DNA of 63,510 nucleotides, the filler included, from Collodictyon triciliatum (lineage: Eukaryota), in assembly GCA_043381765.1 (NCBI GenBank). It is 57 parts of 57 records of this genome, joined end to end, with 100 filler letters (N's around TTAATTAATTAA, not from the genome) between each part and the next. Parts side by side here need not be neighbours in the genome. Positions count along the whole stretch, not along the records: positions 51,382 to 52,394 come from JBHJMP010012723.1; positions 52,495 to 53,507 come from JBHJMP010012724.1; positions 53,608 to 54,619 come from JBHJMP010012725.1; positions 54,720 to 55,731 come from JBHJMP010012726.1; positions 55,832 to 56,843 come from JBHJMP010012727.1; positions 56,944 to 57,955 come from JBHJMP010012728.1; positions 58,056 to 59,066 come from JBHJMP010012729.1; positions 59,167 to 60,177 come from JBHJMP010012730.1; 49 more parts are not named here. One strand, written 5' to 3'. Both the position numbers and the translations under genes were made by a program. The notes below the pieces were generated by a model. The model saw only the letters and a list, made by a program, of their open reading frames with translations. It searched no databases and had not been told where the DNA came from. Of the stretch, positions 52,367 to 63,510 are shown piece by piece; position 1 is the first letter of the stretch; the number at the start of each line of letters is the position of its first letter.

Positions 52367-53454
52367 GTAAGCACGTAAGGGGAGTGAAGGACAANNNNNN
52401 NNNNNNNNNNNNNNNNNNNNNNNNNNNNNNNNNNNNNNTTAATTAATTAANNNNNNNNNNNNNNNNNNNNNNNNNNNNNNNNNNNNNNNNNNNNTAGTTT
52501 TAGTTTTAGTTTTAGTTTTAGTTTTAGTTTTAGTTTTAGTTTTAGTTTTAGTTTTAGTTTTAGTTTTAGTTTTAGTTTTAGTTTTAGTTTTAGTTTTAGT
52601 TTTAGTTTTAGTTTTTGTTTTAGTTTTAGTTTTAGTTTTAGTTTTTGTTATTGTTTTTCTTCTCGTTTTCCTTTCCATTTTTCTTCACCACGGGCCAAGG
52701 GGTTATTTCTTGTGTATCCAACGTCCATTAGTATAGTACCATCTTGAGTTTGTATAGATTTAATATGATGAGCAATTCAATTGATTTGTTCTTCTGCAGA
52801 AAACCGAAAAAAACGAGAATCAAGCCAGAACCAGAAGAAATTACAGCGAGAAAAATTTCAGCTGTAAGTCCCTGTTGATTCCCTGGTGGATGGGGATGAT
52901 ATACCCAATTAATATTATTTTATTGTAATTTGGTGGACCGAATGGTTCATCTCGCATCAAATAAATCACCCATCCACCCGCACACAAAAATCACTGAATT
53001 TCTACTCTTGCGAATGTGATTCTTTTAATTTCTTTAATATGTCACCAGAGGAAAAAATCTCGAGACAGCAACATTAGAGACCAACACACTAAAGATTCAA
53101 CTAATTAAAGAAAAGGAGGCATACGCAGCTAGAGAGAATGAGGCAAAGTATGTATTCCTCATCTGCAGATATCTGTGATAATACATAAGACCTTTATCCA
53201 AACGCACAGCCTCTTTAGATATTATGAATTCGATTTTATGACTGCTCTTACTAAATAAAAAAGAGCAATAAATCACCTTTCACGACCATATATTCTGCTC
53301 AGAAAACTATGCCTACAATTGGAAATATTGCACAACGAAGTGGAACAAGATCGCAAGCAGTACGAGGAAAAAATGGTTCGCACAATGATAATTCTATAAT
53401 CCTTCTCATGATTTCATAGGAACATATGCCGCGGTATCTTTAAGGAATTTACGA

Positions 53455-53507
<53 letters not shown>

Positions 53508-53607
53508 NNNNNNNNNNNNNNNNNNNNNNNNNNNNNNNNNNNNNNNNNNNNTTAATTAATTAANNNNNNNNNNNNNNNNNNNNNNNNNNNNNNNNNNNNN
53601 NNNNNNN

Positions 53608-53960
53608 ACCTGGAGAAAGCATACGACTATGTGAACCACGAAGCACTGGAAACCATCCTACACAAAAGAGGCTTCTGTACCGGATTCACCAGTCTTATCA
53701 AGAAATTGCACGACAATGCAACAGCAAGGGTACTCACGGCACACGGACCTACGGATGCAATTCAAAGACAGAGCGGGGTGTATCAAGGCTGCCCACTTGC
53801 GCCACTGCTCTTCAACTTTGTTGCTGACTGCCTTGCAAACCACTTCTGAAACGAAAACAAGGTACGCAACCAACTGCTACTTCAATATGCAGACGACACA
53901 GCATTCATCTTGCGGTCTCCCGAAGGCGCCACAGTCACTAGGACTGACTTTTTGTTGGTA
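53608..53960 (+). mobile_element. Non-LTR retrotransposon reverse transcriptase fragment, decayed
   Basis: LEKAYDYVNH...GVYQGCPLAPLLFN...QYADD (YADD at 53886-53897). In-frame TGA at 53847-53849. Confidence 0.93.
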
Positions 53961-55023
53961 TCATCTATCTGTTAATTGGTATATAACAGAGTCTGCTCTC
54001 TAATACGCAACGATATACATCTCGTTATTGTACAACCGACTTGAAATTGGAAATGATAATGAGACGTTTAAGAATGAAAAAGAAAAAACGTTTTGAGTAA
54101 AAAAAAATTTTAAAAAAAATTAGGCATATACAATTGAGTTATAAGTGGCTTCGTTAGGTCGCAATCTAAGGGTACTCCCCCAATAAACACGATCGCTCAC
54201 AATATCCGGCATTGAAGATACGATTGGAGCAAAAAGAGTGGGATATTACCATGGATACTATGTTTGGTGGAACATCAAGTGAAAAAATTGATAAAAGTGT
54301 GCGTCACACGTTGCAATGCGGACGTGAGTATGGATGAATAAGGAAAAGATTGAATGCTTTCATATAATATATTCGGTGTTAGAGAATGTGTAGCTAGTTG
54401 TGTATTATTTTTCTTTTTTTTTAAAAAAAAAAACAACTAATTTCGAGAGTTTAATCAGTTGATGGTCGAAAGGAGTCAAGGGATTGAGGCTAGGGCATTT
54501 TTGCGTTAAAAAGGAGAAATTAATATTCAATCCAGTAGGAAAACAACAACAACATAAAAAAAAAAAAAAAAAAAAGGGGGGGGGGGGGTGTTTTTTTAAA
54601 AAATAATTCTTAAACCCAANNNNNNNNNNNNNNNNNNNNNNNNNNNNNNNNNNNNNNNNNNNNTTAATTAATTAANNNNNNNNNNNNNNNNNNNNNNNNN
54701 NNNNNNNNNNNNNNNNNNNTTTGAAAAAAAAATCGATTTTATTCTATAAATCCTTTCTAAGAACTAAAGTGGATTTAAACACGCAGGAAGTTTATGGAGA
54801 TGTCAAAGCTGCCACACAACATTTGCGAGATATTTTTGATCCTTCTATCGAGCTTTTTTGTCCAGAGCAGGCTTTTTTGCAACCAAAAACTAGTCCGCAG
54901 TTTTTTTTGTGAGAATTTTACCCATCACAGGCCATGGCTTTTTTCTATACTTGTCGCATTTGCCACCTTTTTTACATGTTTTTTTATAGCTCTTGTCTAA
55001 TTTTCTCAAAAAATTATTTGTAG

Positions 55024-55360
55024 CTTCATTCAAGCACTATTTGAAAAGCACGATCGAAACCAACAAGGATGCCTTGATGTGAGCGAAATGAGCATGCTTC
55101 TCAATAAAGTTGGATTCCGACCAAGTTTGATTGAAGTAATTCTGGATCAATTGCTGTTAAAAATTTTGATGTATTCTATAATTAATTACTTGCATATTCA
55201 ATCTTGAATGGAATTACTTGAATGACTAAATCAATTTTTTCATTCCTTTTAAAATCGATGATAATTGAAATAGATAAAGAAGATATTTAAGAAGGTAGAT
55301 TCAGACCAAAATGAACGTATATCCTTCTCAGAGTTTCTTGAGTTTATTGCTGAAATTACG
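55024..55360 (+). CDS. EF-hand pair protein (2 exons)
   Basis: LFEKHDRNQQGCLDVSEM...|IKKIFKKVDSDQNERISFSEFL. Confidence 0.85.
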
Positions 55361-56018
55361 GTTTGAGTCCCATTTTATTATCATTTATGAGACTGCATTC
55401 AAATGCCTTTTCACATTTGATTCAGAATTTAGAAGTTTAAAATTAAAAATAATTACATGTCTATTTACCGCTTTGAAATGCGTATCCAACCTACTCATAA
55501 CGACCAATTTATTTGTACCAATAGGATATCCCTTTAAAGTCTATCAAAGTACAAAAACAAGCTTTTGAAAGGCAATCCACTGCAGATAAGCAGCTTATAA
55601 AAACGCTCGGGAAGCTTTTTGCGTCTCATTTCGGTTTGATAAAGACAATCTGATTGTGATTCATAATGCTTTCATTTTGTTGAAAATGTACGAATTTGGT
55701 TTGATTTTTCTAACGGCAGTATCTTTTATGCNNNNNNNNNNNNNNNNNNNNNNNNNNNNNNNNNNNNNNNNNNNNTTAATTAATTAANNNNNNNNNNNNN
55801 NNNNNNNNNNNNNNNNNNNNNNNNNNNNNNNAAAAATAAAAAATAAAAAATAAAAAATAAAAAATAAAAAATAAAAAATAAAAAATAAAAAATAAAAAAT
55901 AAAAAATAAAAAATAAAAAATAAAAAAATCTCCGCCACTTCACGACACTATCTTTAAATATTCTTCCACTTTCTCGCATACAATACAGCTTCCGATAACT
56001 ATTTCCATACAAAACCAG

Positions 56019-56554
56019 GGACCAAGGGTCTGACCTCGACGGGGTAGATACAAAATTCCTCAGCAGTGTGATGTGCTCTGAATGCTTTGAGCCGAGCAAG
56101 CACGAAAATCATGAATGTAATTTTCACAATGTTTTTTTTTTCACTTTGAGAAAATCTACTTCTATCTGTATCTCAATTACTGTATTACTAAGACTATGAC
56201 CTCATACTTTGGATCAAATAAAGGAAAAAAAAAAAAAAAAGAGACCAATATCTCATTGGTACACATACATTATCAGCGTGCCTATTATTCGAGAGTAACA
56301 CCAATATTGGGATTAGTTTATATGGTTTCCGTTCTTGGAGGATGTTGCGACTGCGGAGATCCGCAGGCACTTGGGCGGTCAGGGTATACATAAGTTCATT
56401 CAAACAGCGAGCCAATACATCATATTTTGAAGTGCTATGCATATACCATAAGTAAAGAATTAACCCGGCGATAAAAAAAATGCTAAATAGATTTTGTAGT
56501 AAGCACCAGGGATCCAATTATGATGATGATCCGACCATCAATTTCCCGAGCATG
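56019..56554 (+). CDS. UBR-box (N-recognin) E3 ligase, zinc-finger exons
   Basis: SVMCSECFEPSKHENHE|..GGCCDCGDPQALGRSG|FCSKH. Confidence 0.9.
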
Positions 56555-57331
56555 GTTAAGAATGTTCTGAATTCAGTTTCATGGGTAGGTAAATATGAAG
56601 CACGTCCATACAGATAGCTACAGTTGATTGTCTTTGTACTGTTATACAAACATATACATTTAATCAAACTTTTTTAATATTCTAATTCTGGAACATAAGC
56701 ATTCAAAACCTAAATTACTCATCAATAATAACAATAATAACAATAATAACAATAATAACAATAATAACAATAATAACAATAATAACAATAATAACAATAA
56801 TAACAATAATAACAATAATAACAATAATAACAATAATAACAATNNNNNNNNNNNNNNNNNNNNNNNNNNNNNNNNNNNNNNNNNNNNTTAATTAATTAAN
56901 NNNNNNNNNNNNNNNNNNNNNNNNNNNNNNNNNNNNNNNNNNNTTGTTTGTTTGTTTGTTTGTTTGTTTGTTTGTTTGTTTGTTTGTTTGTTTGTTTGTT
57001 TGTTTGTTTGTTTGTTTGTTTGGTTGTTTGTTTGGTTGTTTGGTTGTTTGTTTGGTTGTTTGTTTGTTTGGTTGTTTGTTTGGTTGTTTGTTTGGTTGTT
57101 TGTTTGGTTGTTTGTTTGGTTGTTTGTTTATTCTTAAATAAGTTTCAAGTAGTTTGATAAAAATCTCTCAACTAGAAAAATAGTTATAGACTCAGAAATT
57201 TACTGATTTTGACTTAGCCATATGGCGTGGGATAAACTGTAGCTTAGGCAAACCAAACCCAACCTGCGCGTCGACGTAAGAATTAAGTATTTATCATTTA
57301 CCATAAAATTATATGAAGACTTCAGACTTAC

Positions 57332-57896
57332 GTAACAAATATATAGATGACAGATTTGTTTATAGCAATTTCCAAGTGACTCCTCTTCGAGGGGGCTTGG
57401 CGAGCATTTCTCATCAATTTTGTATCACCACCAGTGTTAATGACGATTCCATACACATACTTCGTATTTCTCAGCGAAGTCCCCCGCAGCATAATATTTT
57501 TCTCATTTATGGTAACTAAGTTCGATTGGAAGTGAATATCCCGGTACAAGCTAAAGTGTTAAGATTATTTTTTCCCTTTATTCAATGCAAGCGAAAGTGG
57601 TAAGAGTATAATCATGTATGATAGCAACTCACTCTTTGCGGAGTTATTGACATAATTTCCTGTAAATGAATACAAATTGTTGTTTGGCTGCTCGCAATTA
57701 ATAGCACCTTATTATTCGACAAGTATGTATGACCCAATCAGTTTCAAATCATAATATTCAAATTATTTATATTTATTCTGATAATAGAAGATAAATTGCA
57801 TATGGAATTCAACTACCTGTATATTTGCTAATAATAGATAGATCGCTGCACGCCTGAGTCTCAGCCAGGGCATAATGGACTTTGAGATTTGTCTCC
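57332..57896 (-). CDS. P4-type ATPase (phospholipid flippase), actuator-region exons
   Basis: GETNLK...|INCEQPNNNLYSFTG...|NIMLRGTSLRNTKYVYGIVINTGGDTKLMRN...SKRSHLE. Confidence 0.93.
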
Positions 57897-58055
57897 CTAT
57901 TTAGTAACAAAAACATTAGCAAATGAAGACATGATGAACTCATACTCAGTTCAAGNNNNNNNNNNNNNNNNNNNNNNNNNNNNNNNNNNNNNNNNNNNNT
58001 TAATTAATTAANNNNNNNNNNNNNNNNNNNNNNNNNNNNNNNNNNNNNNNNNNNN

Positions 58056-59066
58056 TGAAAGAGCAATTTTGAATATGAGAAAAACAACATACCAGTAATC
58101 GAACGTGCGAATCATGTATTGTAACATAACAAAATTAGACATTAAAAATATTTGGGCGCATAAAAAAAATATTGCCACAACTGTTAAGGATATGCCAATA
58201 TAAAGAAAGACAATTCCCAAATCTATCCCGGAGGCTAGGAAAGGTGAAGCAAATATAGAAAGGCAAAAAATTGTGGAACTAAATAAGAAGTATGGCTTAG
58301 ATGTAAAAAGTTTCGAGATGACATGATATCGTCCTTTGATGTACTTGTGATATATTGTTTGATGTGTTTCATATTCAATTGCCTTGTCCTCCATAATTCC
58401 GATTACTAAGGCACATTTCTTATCCATGATTTCTGCACCAACAATAATTTCATGATGACTAAATATTTGTTGTTCTCCTGGGTCATCTTTTCGATTGTTT
58501 TGTGTATGTGAGGTACTTGGGATACTAACTTGGGGCTTTATTCGATGCGTTGAAATAGGTGCGATGGAATCCATAATGAGGCTCGCTGGTGATTTTTTGA
58601 TACTTTTGTTGTTTTGTGGAGATGACTTACTATCTTTTTGCAAATCATTTGCTCCTATGTCAATATTTCCCTCTTGAATCTCGTAAAATTCCGATAAAAA
58701 TACCACTGTCGAAGCTCTTTTCAAAATGAAGTGATTGTAAAATATGCGAAGAAGGTAAATCATCACAGTACTTATGTTGTCTATTGCTTGTAATCGCAAA
58801 TCTACAATTTCCAACCCAGTTGCAGAGTAGTTTATTTTCTCTATCTCAAAATCAATTAATTTAAAGCACAGGCAACATATTACTGGCACATAAAAGAGAA
58901 GCCCTATAAAGGAGGCTGCTTTCACTAATTTTGTCTCTTTTGCTGCGTGTGCGTCAAATAGTAGCAATATCACGCATGTACTTGTAAAAGAATGGAGCAT
59001 ACTGCAGAGAATCTCGGAGGTAAATCCCCAAAGAAATAGCATACAAACGTGCATCGAGATGATATT
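58056..59066 (-). CDS. Hypothetical multi-pass membrane protein, internal fragment
   Basis: >330-aa open frame spanning the scaffold, with two hydrophobic clusters separated by a polar loop. Confidence 0.65.
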
Positions 59067-59166
59067 NNNNNNNNNNNNNNNNNNNNNNNNNNNNNNNNNN
59101 NNNNNNNNNNTTAATTAATTAANNNNNNNNNNNNNNNNNNNNNNNNNNNNNNNNNNNNNNNNNNNN

Positions 59167-59904
59167 AGCTCTTTTAGCTTCTTCAGCTTTTTTAGCTTCT
59201 TCAGCTCTTTTAGCTTCTTCAGCTTTTCTAGCTTCTTCAGCTTTTCTGGCTTCTTCAGCTTTTTTAGCCTCTTCAGCTTTTTTAGCCTCTTCAGCTTTTT
59301 TAGCTTCAGCTGCGGTATCGACCTAGGGTTATGTTAGTTGTGTCCTGTGTTGTGTATGTGGGGTTTGGGGGTGGATGTGTGCTTACGGGGTCGTAGAGCT
59401 GCAGAGCGCGGATGTGTTTATAGTCTGCGTTCTCTGTGTTATTCCAGCAGGGGAGATTTGAGATGCCACGCGGGGCTCTCTTTATGTTTACTTTACCACT
59501 CCCATCTACCATGTCAAGTTTCTGTAGATTTGTGAGCGCTGTGATCTGTGCTGGAAGCTCCTCCATCTGCGTGTATCGTTGTCAGTCATTTTTCTTTTAA
59601 ACATAAATAGTAATATAATATATGAATAAAAACATACCGGATTGTTATAAACATAAAGTTCTATGAGACCAGTCAAACACGATATTTGTACAGGTAGTGA
59701 TGACAGCTTATTGCCACCAAGACTTAATCCTTTCAGACCAGTCAACAGAAAAACACCAGGCGGCACAGATATCAGATTCTTGCCATAGAGATTCAGATAT
59801 GTGGAGCTTTTCAGAGTGGCAATATCAGCAATTGGATAGAAAGAGAGTTTCCGGACTTCTTCCAAAAGCGCTTCCACTTGGGCAGGTGTGAGATAGTCGG
59901 ACAT
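59167..59904 (-). CDS. Variable LRR family protein, copy C (exons 59904-59638, 59566-59387, 59322->59167; 3' truncated)
   Basis: Same structure as copies A and B. Exon 3 reads VDTAAEAKKAEEAKKAEEAKKAEEARKAEE..., an 18-bp repeat. Confidence 0.9.
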
Positions 59905-60860
59905 CTGGACAGATTCCGTCTGTATATATGGATAGACTGACTGGGTGTCAATACAATACACATCATTTATTTGTTTTATGAGTGGACTTCACAATCACAC
60001 AGGACAGATTAACTCGAGTCAGGATGGTAGGGTTGTGCACACGGAGATCTGAAAGTACTTTGTGAACAAGAAAAAGAAGCAAGGATTTCGACAAGACGAC
60101 ATTAAATATCCCGCAAAGGCCGGCGAATTTTTCCGAGAAGACGACTTGTGCAGAACTTGTGTGCTTGTGCTTCCTTGNNNNNNNNNNNNNNNNNNNNNNN
60201 NNNNNNNNNNNNNNNNNNNNNTTAATTAATTAANNNNNNNNNNNNNNNNNNNNNNNNNNNNNNNNNNNNNNNNNNNNTTCTCATTCTTTCTCATTCTTTC
60301 TCATTCTTTCTCATTCTTTCTCATTCTTTCTCATTCTTTCTCATTCTTTCTCATTCTTTCTCATTCTTTCTCATTCACTCACTCTCTTTCTCATTCTCTC
60401 ACTCTCTCATTCTTTCTCATTCTTTCTCATTCTTTCTCATTCTTTCTCTTTCTTTCCCTTTCTTTCCCTTTCTTTCTCTTTCTTTCCCATTCTTTCTCTT
60501 TCTCTTTCTTTTTCTTTTTCTTTTTCTTTTTCTTTCTTTCTTTCTCTTTCTTTTTCTTTCTTTCTTTCTCTTTCTTTTTCTTTCTCATTCTTTCTCATTT
60601 TTCTTTATTGCGATATTTTCTTGTTCTCCTGAGAAACTCAATCAAACACTATTTCTTACAAGTAACAGATACTGCCAGTTCATTCCATCGAGCCCAGCTC
60701 GCATTTCCTTGCACACCCTCATTGTTTTTAGTCACACAGCATCTACTTCCTCACCAGCCTTCTATTACTTTCGTTCACACACACATCACTCTGCTCATAG
60801 TAGTACCCTACCCACCGATCAGCCATAAGCTCACCGCTTTTCCCACCCGGACCCGCCACG

Positions 60861-61288
60861 ATGACCTTCCCCAAAGTGCCTTCCTCGAAGGTTACTAGGG
60901 TAACAAAACTTCATATACACATTTGGAGTGCATAATTAATGGCTCATTGACGCAATTGTGAGACATCTGGAACTCTAAACACATAAATTACCCTATAGTG
61001 TGTTGTGTATGCTGTCATTGGCCTGGTTTCCCTGCTTCTCGCTTACCCTGCGCATGGACAATGCACTGTTCCGAATCCGCAACCATTTGGTCTTGTGCTG
61101 AATCCTAACCTGTCCATCGCTGTTTGCCTCGGCTCCACCATCATCCCGCAGCCCCCAAGCATGGTGGCCTCTGTCAACCAGTGGCTACCTGAGAGAAGTC
61201 ACCCGAACCCAGCCATCATCAGCACCAGCATCAACCCGAATCTCATCTTTACTTCGACGAGCACTATCTACATCACCTTCATCACAGA
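60861..61288 (+). CDS. Secreted protein, N-terminal fragment, possibly LruC/DUF4114-related (intron 60891-60998)
   Basis: Signal-peptide-like VIGLVSLLLAYPAHG-Q, then VNQWLPERSHPNPAII...NLIFTSTSTIYITFIT, which resembles from memory the IN..LPE...HP.yI....nL.....vwVTF(EGAG) motif. The scaffold ends before the diagnostic residues. Confidence 0.45.
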
Positions 61289-62213
61289 NNNNNNNNNNNN
61301 NNNNNNNNNNNNNNNNNNNNNNNNNNNNNNNNTTAATTAATTAANNNNNNNNNNNNNNNNNNNNNNNNNNNNNNNNNNNNNNNNNNNNTGCTGTATGCTG
61401 TATGCTGTATGCTGTATGCTGTATGCTGTATGCTGTATGCTGTATGCTGTATGCTGTATGCTGTATGCTGTATGCTGTATGCTGTATGCTGTATGCTGTA
61501 TGCTGTATGCTGTATGCTGTATGCTGTATGCTGTATGCTGTATTCTGTATGCTGTATTCTGTATGCTGTATGCTGTATGCTGTATTCTGTATTCTGTATG
61601 CTGTATGCTGTATTCTGTATGCTGTATGCTGTATGCTGTATGCTGTATGCTGTATTCTGTATGCTGTATGCTGTATGCTGTATGCTGTATTCTGTATGCT
61701 GTATGTTGATTTTTGGATGCTAAATTTTTGATGCTAAATTTTTGATGCTACATGTTACATAATCTATACTCCATGCTGAGTTTTGAATGCTACATAATCT
61801 GTAACTATGATGATTTTTTTATGCTTATTGGTCTGTGCTTTATATTTATATCCTATAATGTGCGCTACATTCTCATTACTCTAGAATATGTTTTCTCGTT
61901 TTTCTTTTTAACTTTTCTTCTTCTATTCAACTTTTCGTGATATTACGTTAAACATGTCTCTTTTTAAAGGTCTCGCATCCATATGCTCTCTTATCTCTGT
62001 TGTACTCTAATATGGAATAGAGAACGAACAATCTATTCCATATATACGTATGAATAAAAATTTTCAATCAACTATATTTTTGTGTGTGCCTTTTTTCTTA
62101 TCAAAAAATTTTTTCTCTGATTACTAGATTTTTTCGCCCGTACCATTTTATATATTTTTTTTAATTATTCATCAAAAACGATTGATTTTATATTTTAGTA
62201 TTTTAGTTTGGGA

Positions 62214-62399
62214 TTTTTTTTATTTTTTATTCTTCCTTTCAACTTTTGTGCAGGACCGAGGGAGGGGGGTGTTGGCTTTGGTTCGCTAGCCATCGTTTGC
62301 ATGGACGCTACTTGTTGGCCGGGTGGCGGAGAAGTAGTCGGTAATCAGGAATTGCATCCTGCGGTTTGGCCTGTAACCTGGGTCTTGCGCCTGCATGAG
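62214..62399 (-). mobile_element. LINE 3' end, copy 7
   Basis: Reverse complement of the LINE terminus, with poly(T). Confidence 0.85.
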
Positions 62400-62516
62400 N
62401 NNNNNNNNNNNNNNNNNNNNNNNNNNNNNNNNNNNNNNNNNNNTTAATTAATTAANNNNNNNNNNNNNNNNNNNNNNNNNNNNNNNNNNNNNNNNNNNNT
62501 GTTATATGTGTATGTT

Positions 62517-62629
<113 letters not shown>

Positions 62630-63510
62630 GTGTGTAATTTATAGTTATTGATAATTTTCTGTTTCGTACTTTCGTTCTTACTTTTAATTATTTTTCTTCA
62701 TTTCCTATTTCAGTTTATTTATGGTTTTTTAAATCTCATAGGTTAGTTTGGATTCTCTTCCACCTCCATCAGGCGGCAAAATCTTTCACAATATGGACAG
62801 ACTCCCAGAGAGAGTCAGAGCTCATGCGAAAGATATTGAAAACTTCGCGTTTGCAAATTCCCAGGTAATATATCGGTAACATTACGCGCGCTAAGATTAA
62901 TCTAGGCATATAACTAAAGCACAAGGTCTTGCAGGGAATTTCTTCGTCTACTCAGGCCATCGATTCTCTCCTGGCCTCGTAAGGAATATCACATGCACTT
63001 TATCGTCTCCAAATTTCATAACATATATATAATTACATATACAGAATAATATATGTTGTTTCAAACTGGATGACAAAATATTCCTTAATTCATGCAGGCC
63101 TGCTGCCGAAAAGCGACCAAAAGATCCGAGTGTACTATTAAATGCTCATGCATTCTATTCTAAATCGTTGATGGTATCTCATTATTATTTTTTTCTTGTT
63201 TCATAGACACCGAAGATGACAGAGATAGAATTGGAGCAGCAAAGTGAAGGAGAGTCGTCGGACTCTAGCTCTTCATCGTTTGTTTAATTAATCAAAATAT
63301 ATATTCTCTATAAAGTTTTTTTATTGTTTTTATTGTTTTTTTACTTGTTTTTTATTGTTTTTTTATTGTTTTTTTATTGTTTTTTATTGTTTTTTTTATT
63401 GTTTTTTTATTTTTTTTATTGTTTTTTATTGTTTTTTATTGTTTTTTATTGTTTTTTATTGTTTTTTATTGTTTTTTATTGTTTTTTTATTGTTTTTTTA
63501 TTGTTTTTTT

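Noticed and set aside
53608-53960. RT as the DGR or retron enzyme diversifying the LRR family
   Set aside because: Its motifs (DLEKAYD, QGCPLAPLLF, YADD) are LINE-type, it has an in-frame stop, and it is not linked to the LRR genes.

Overview
This window is not contiguous DNA. It is about 57 unrelated scaffolds of ~1.0 kb, joined by artificial 100-nt linkers (N44-TTAATTAATTAA-N44), so neighbouring features are not physically linked. The source is an AT-rich, microsatellite-rich, intron-rich eukaryote using the standard code, probably a flagellated protist or zoosporic fungus. Recognisable gene fragments, mostly reconstructed by manual splicing: tRNA-Cys(GCA), LRRC34-like, SAM domain, ArfGAP, two cAMP-receptor-like GPCRs, Myb, four-domain voltage-gated Ca/Na channel (domain IV), IP3/ryanodine-type receptor C-terminus, ankyrin, centrin, fungal-type fatty acid synthase KS domain, RPLP2, EF-hand, UBR-box ligase, P4-ATPase and a bacterial-style Ig-like repeat protein. 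Mobile DNA comprises an L1/Tx1-like LINE (one RT fragment, two zinc-finger fragments, seven poly(A)-ended 3' ends) and an unclassified dispersed repeat (3 copies). The main finding is a multicopy LRR gene family seen three times. Its introns, upstream DNA and LRR scaffold codons are near-identical between copies, while the concave-face codons are hypervariable (mostly NNT/NNC) and the number of 69-bp modules differs. It is a candidate diversified, VLR-like receptor repertoire whose mechanism cannot be decided from this window. A separate LRR gene is built from phase-0 exons of exactly 69 nt, one repeat per exon.
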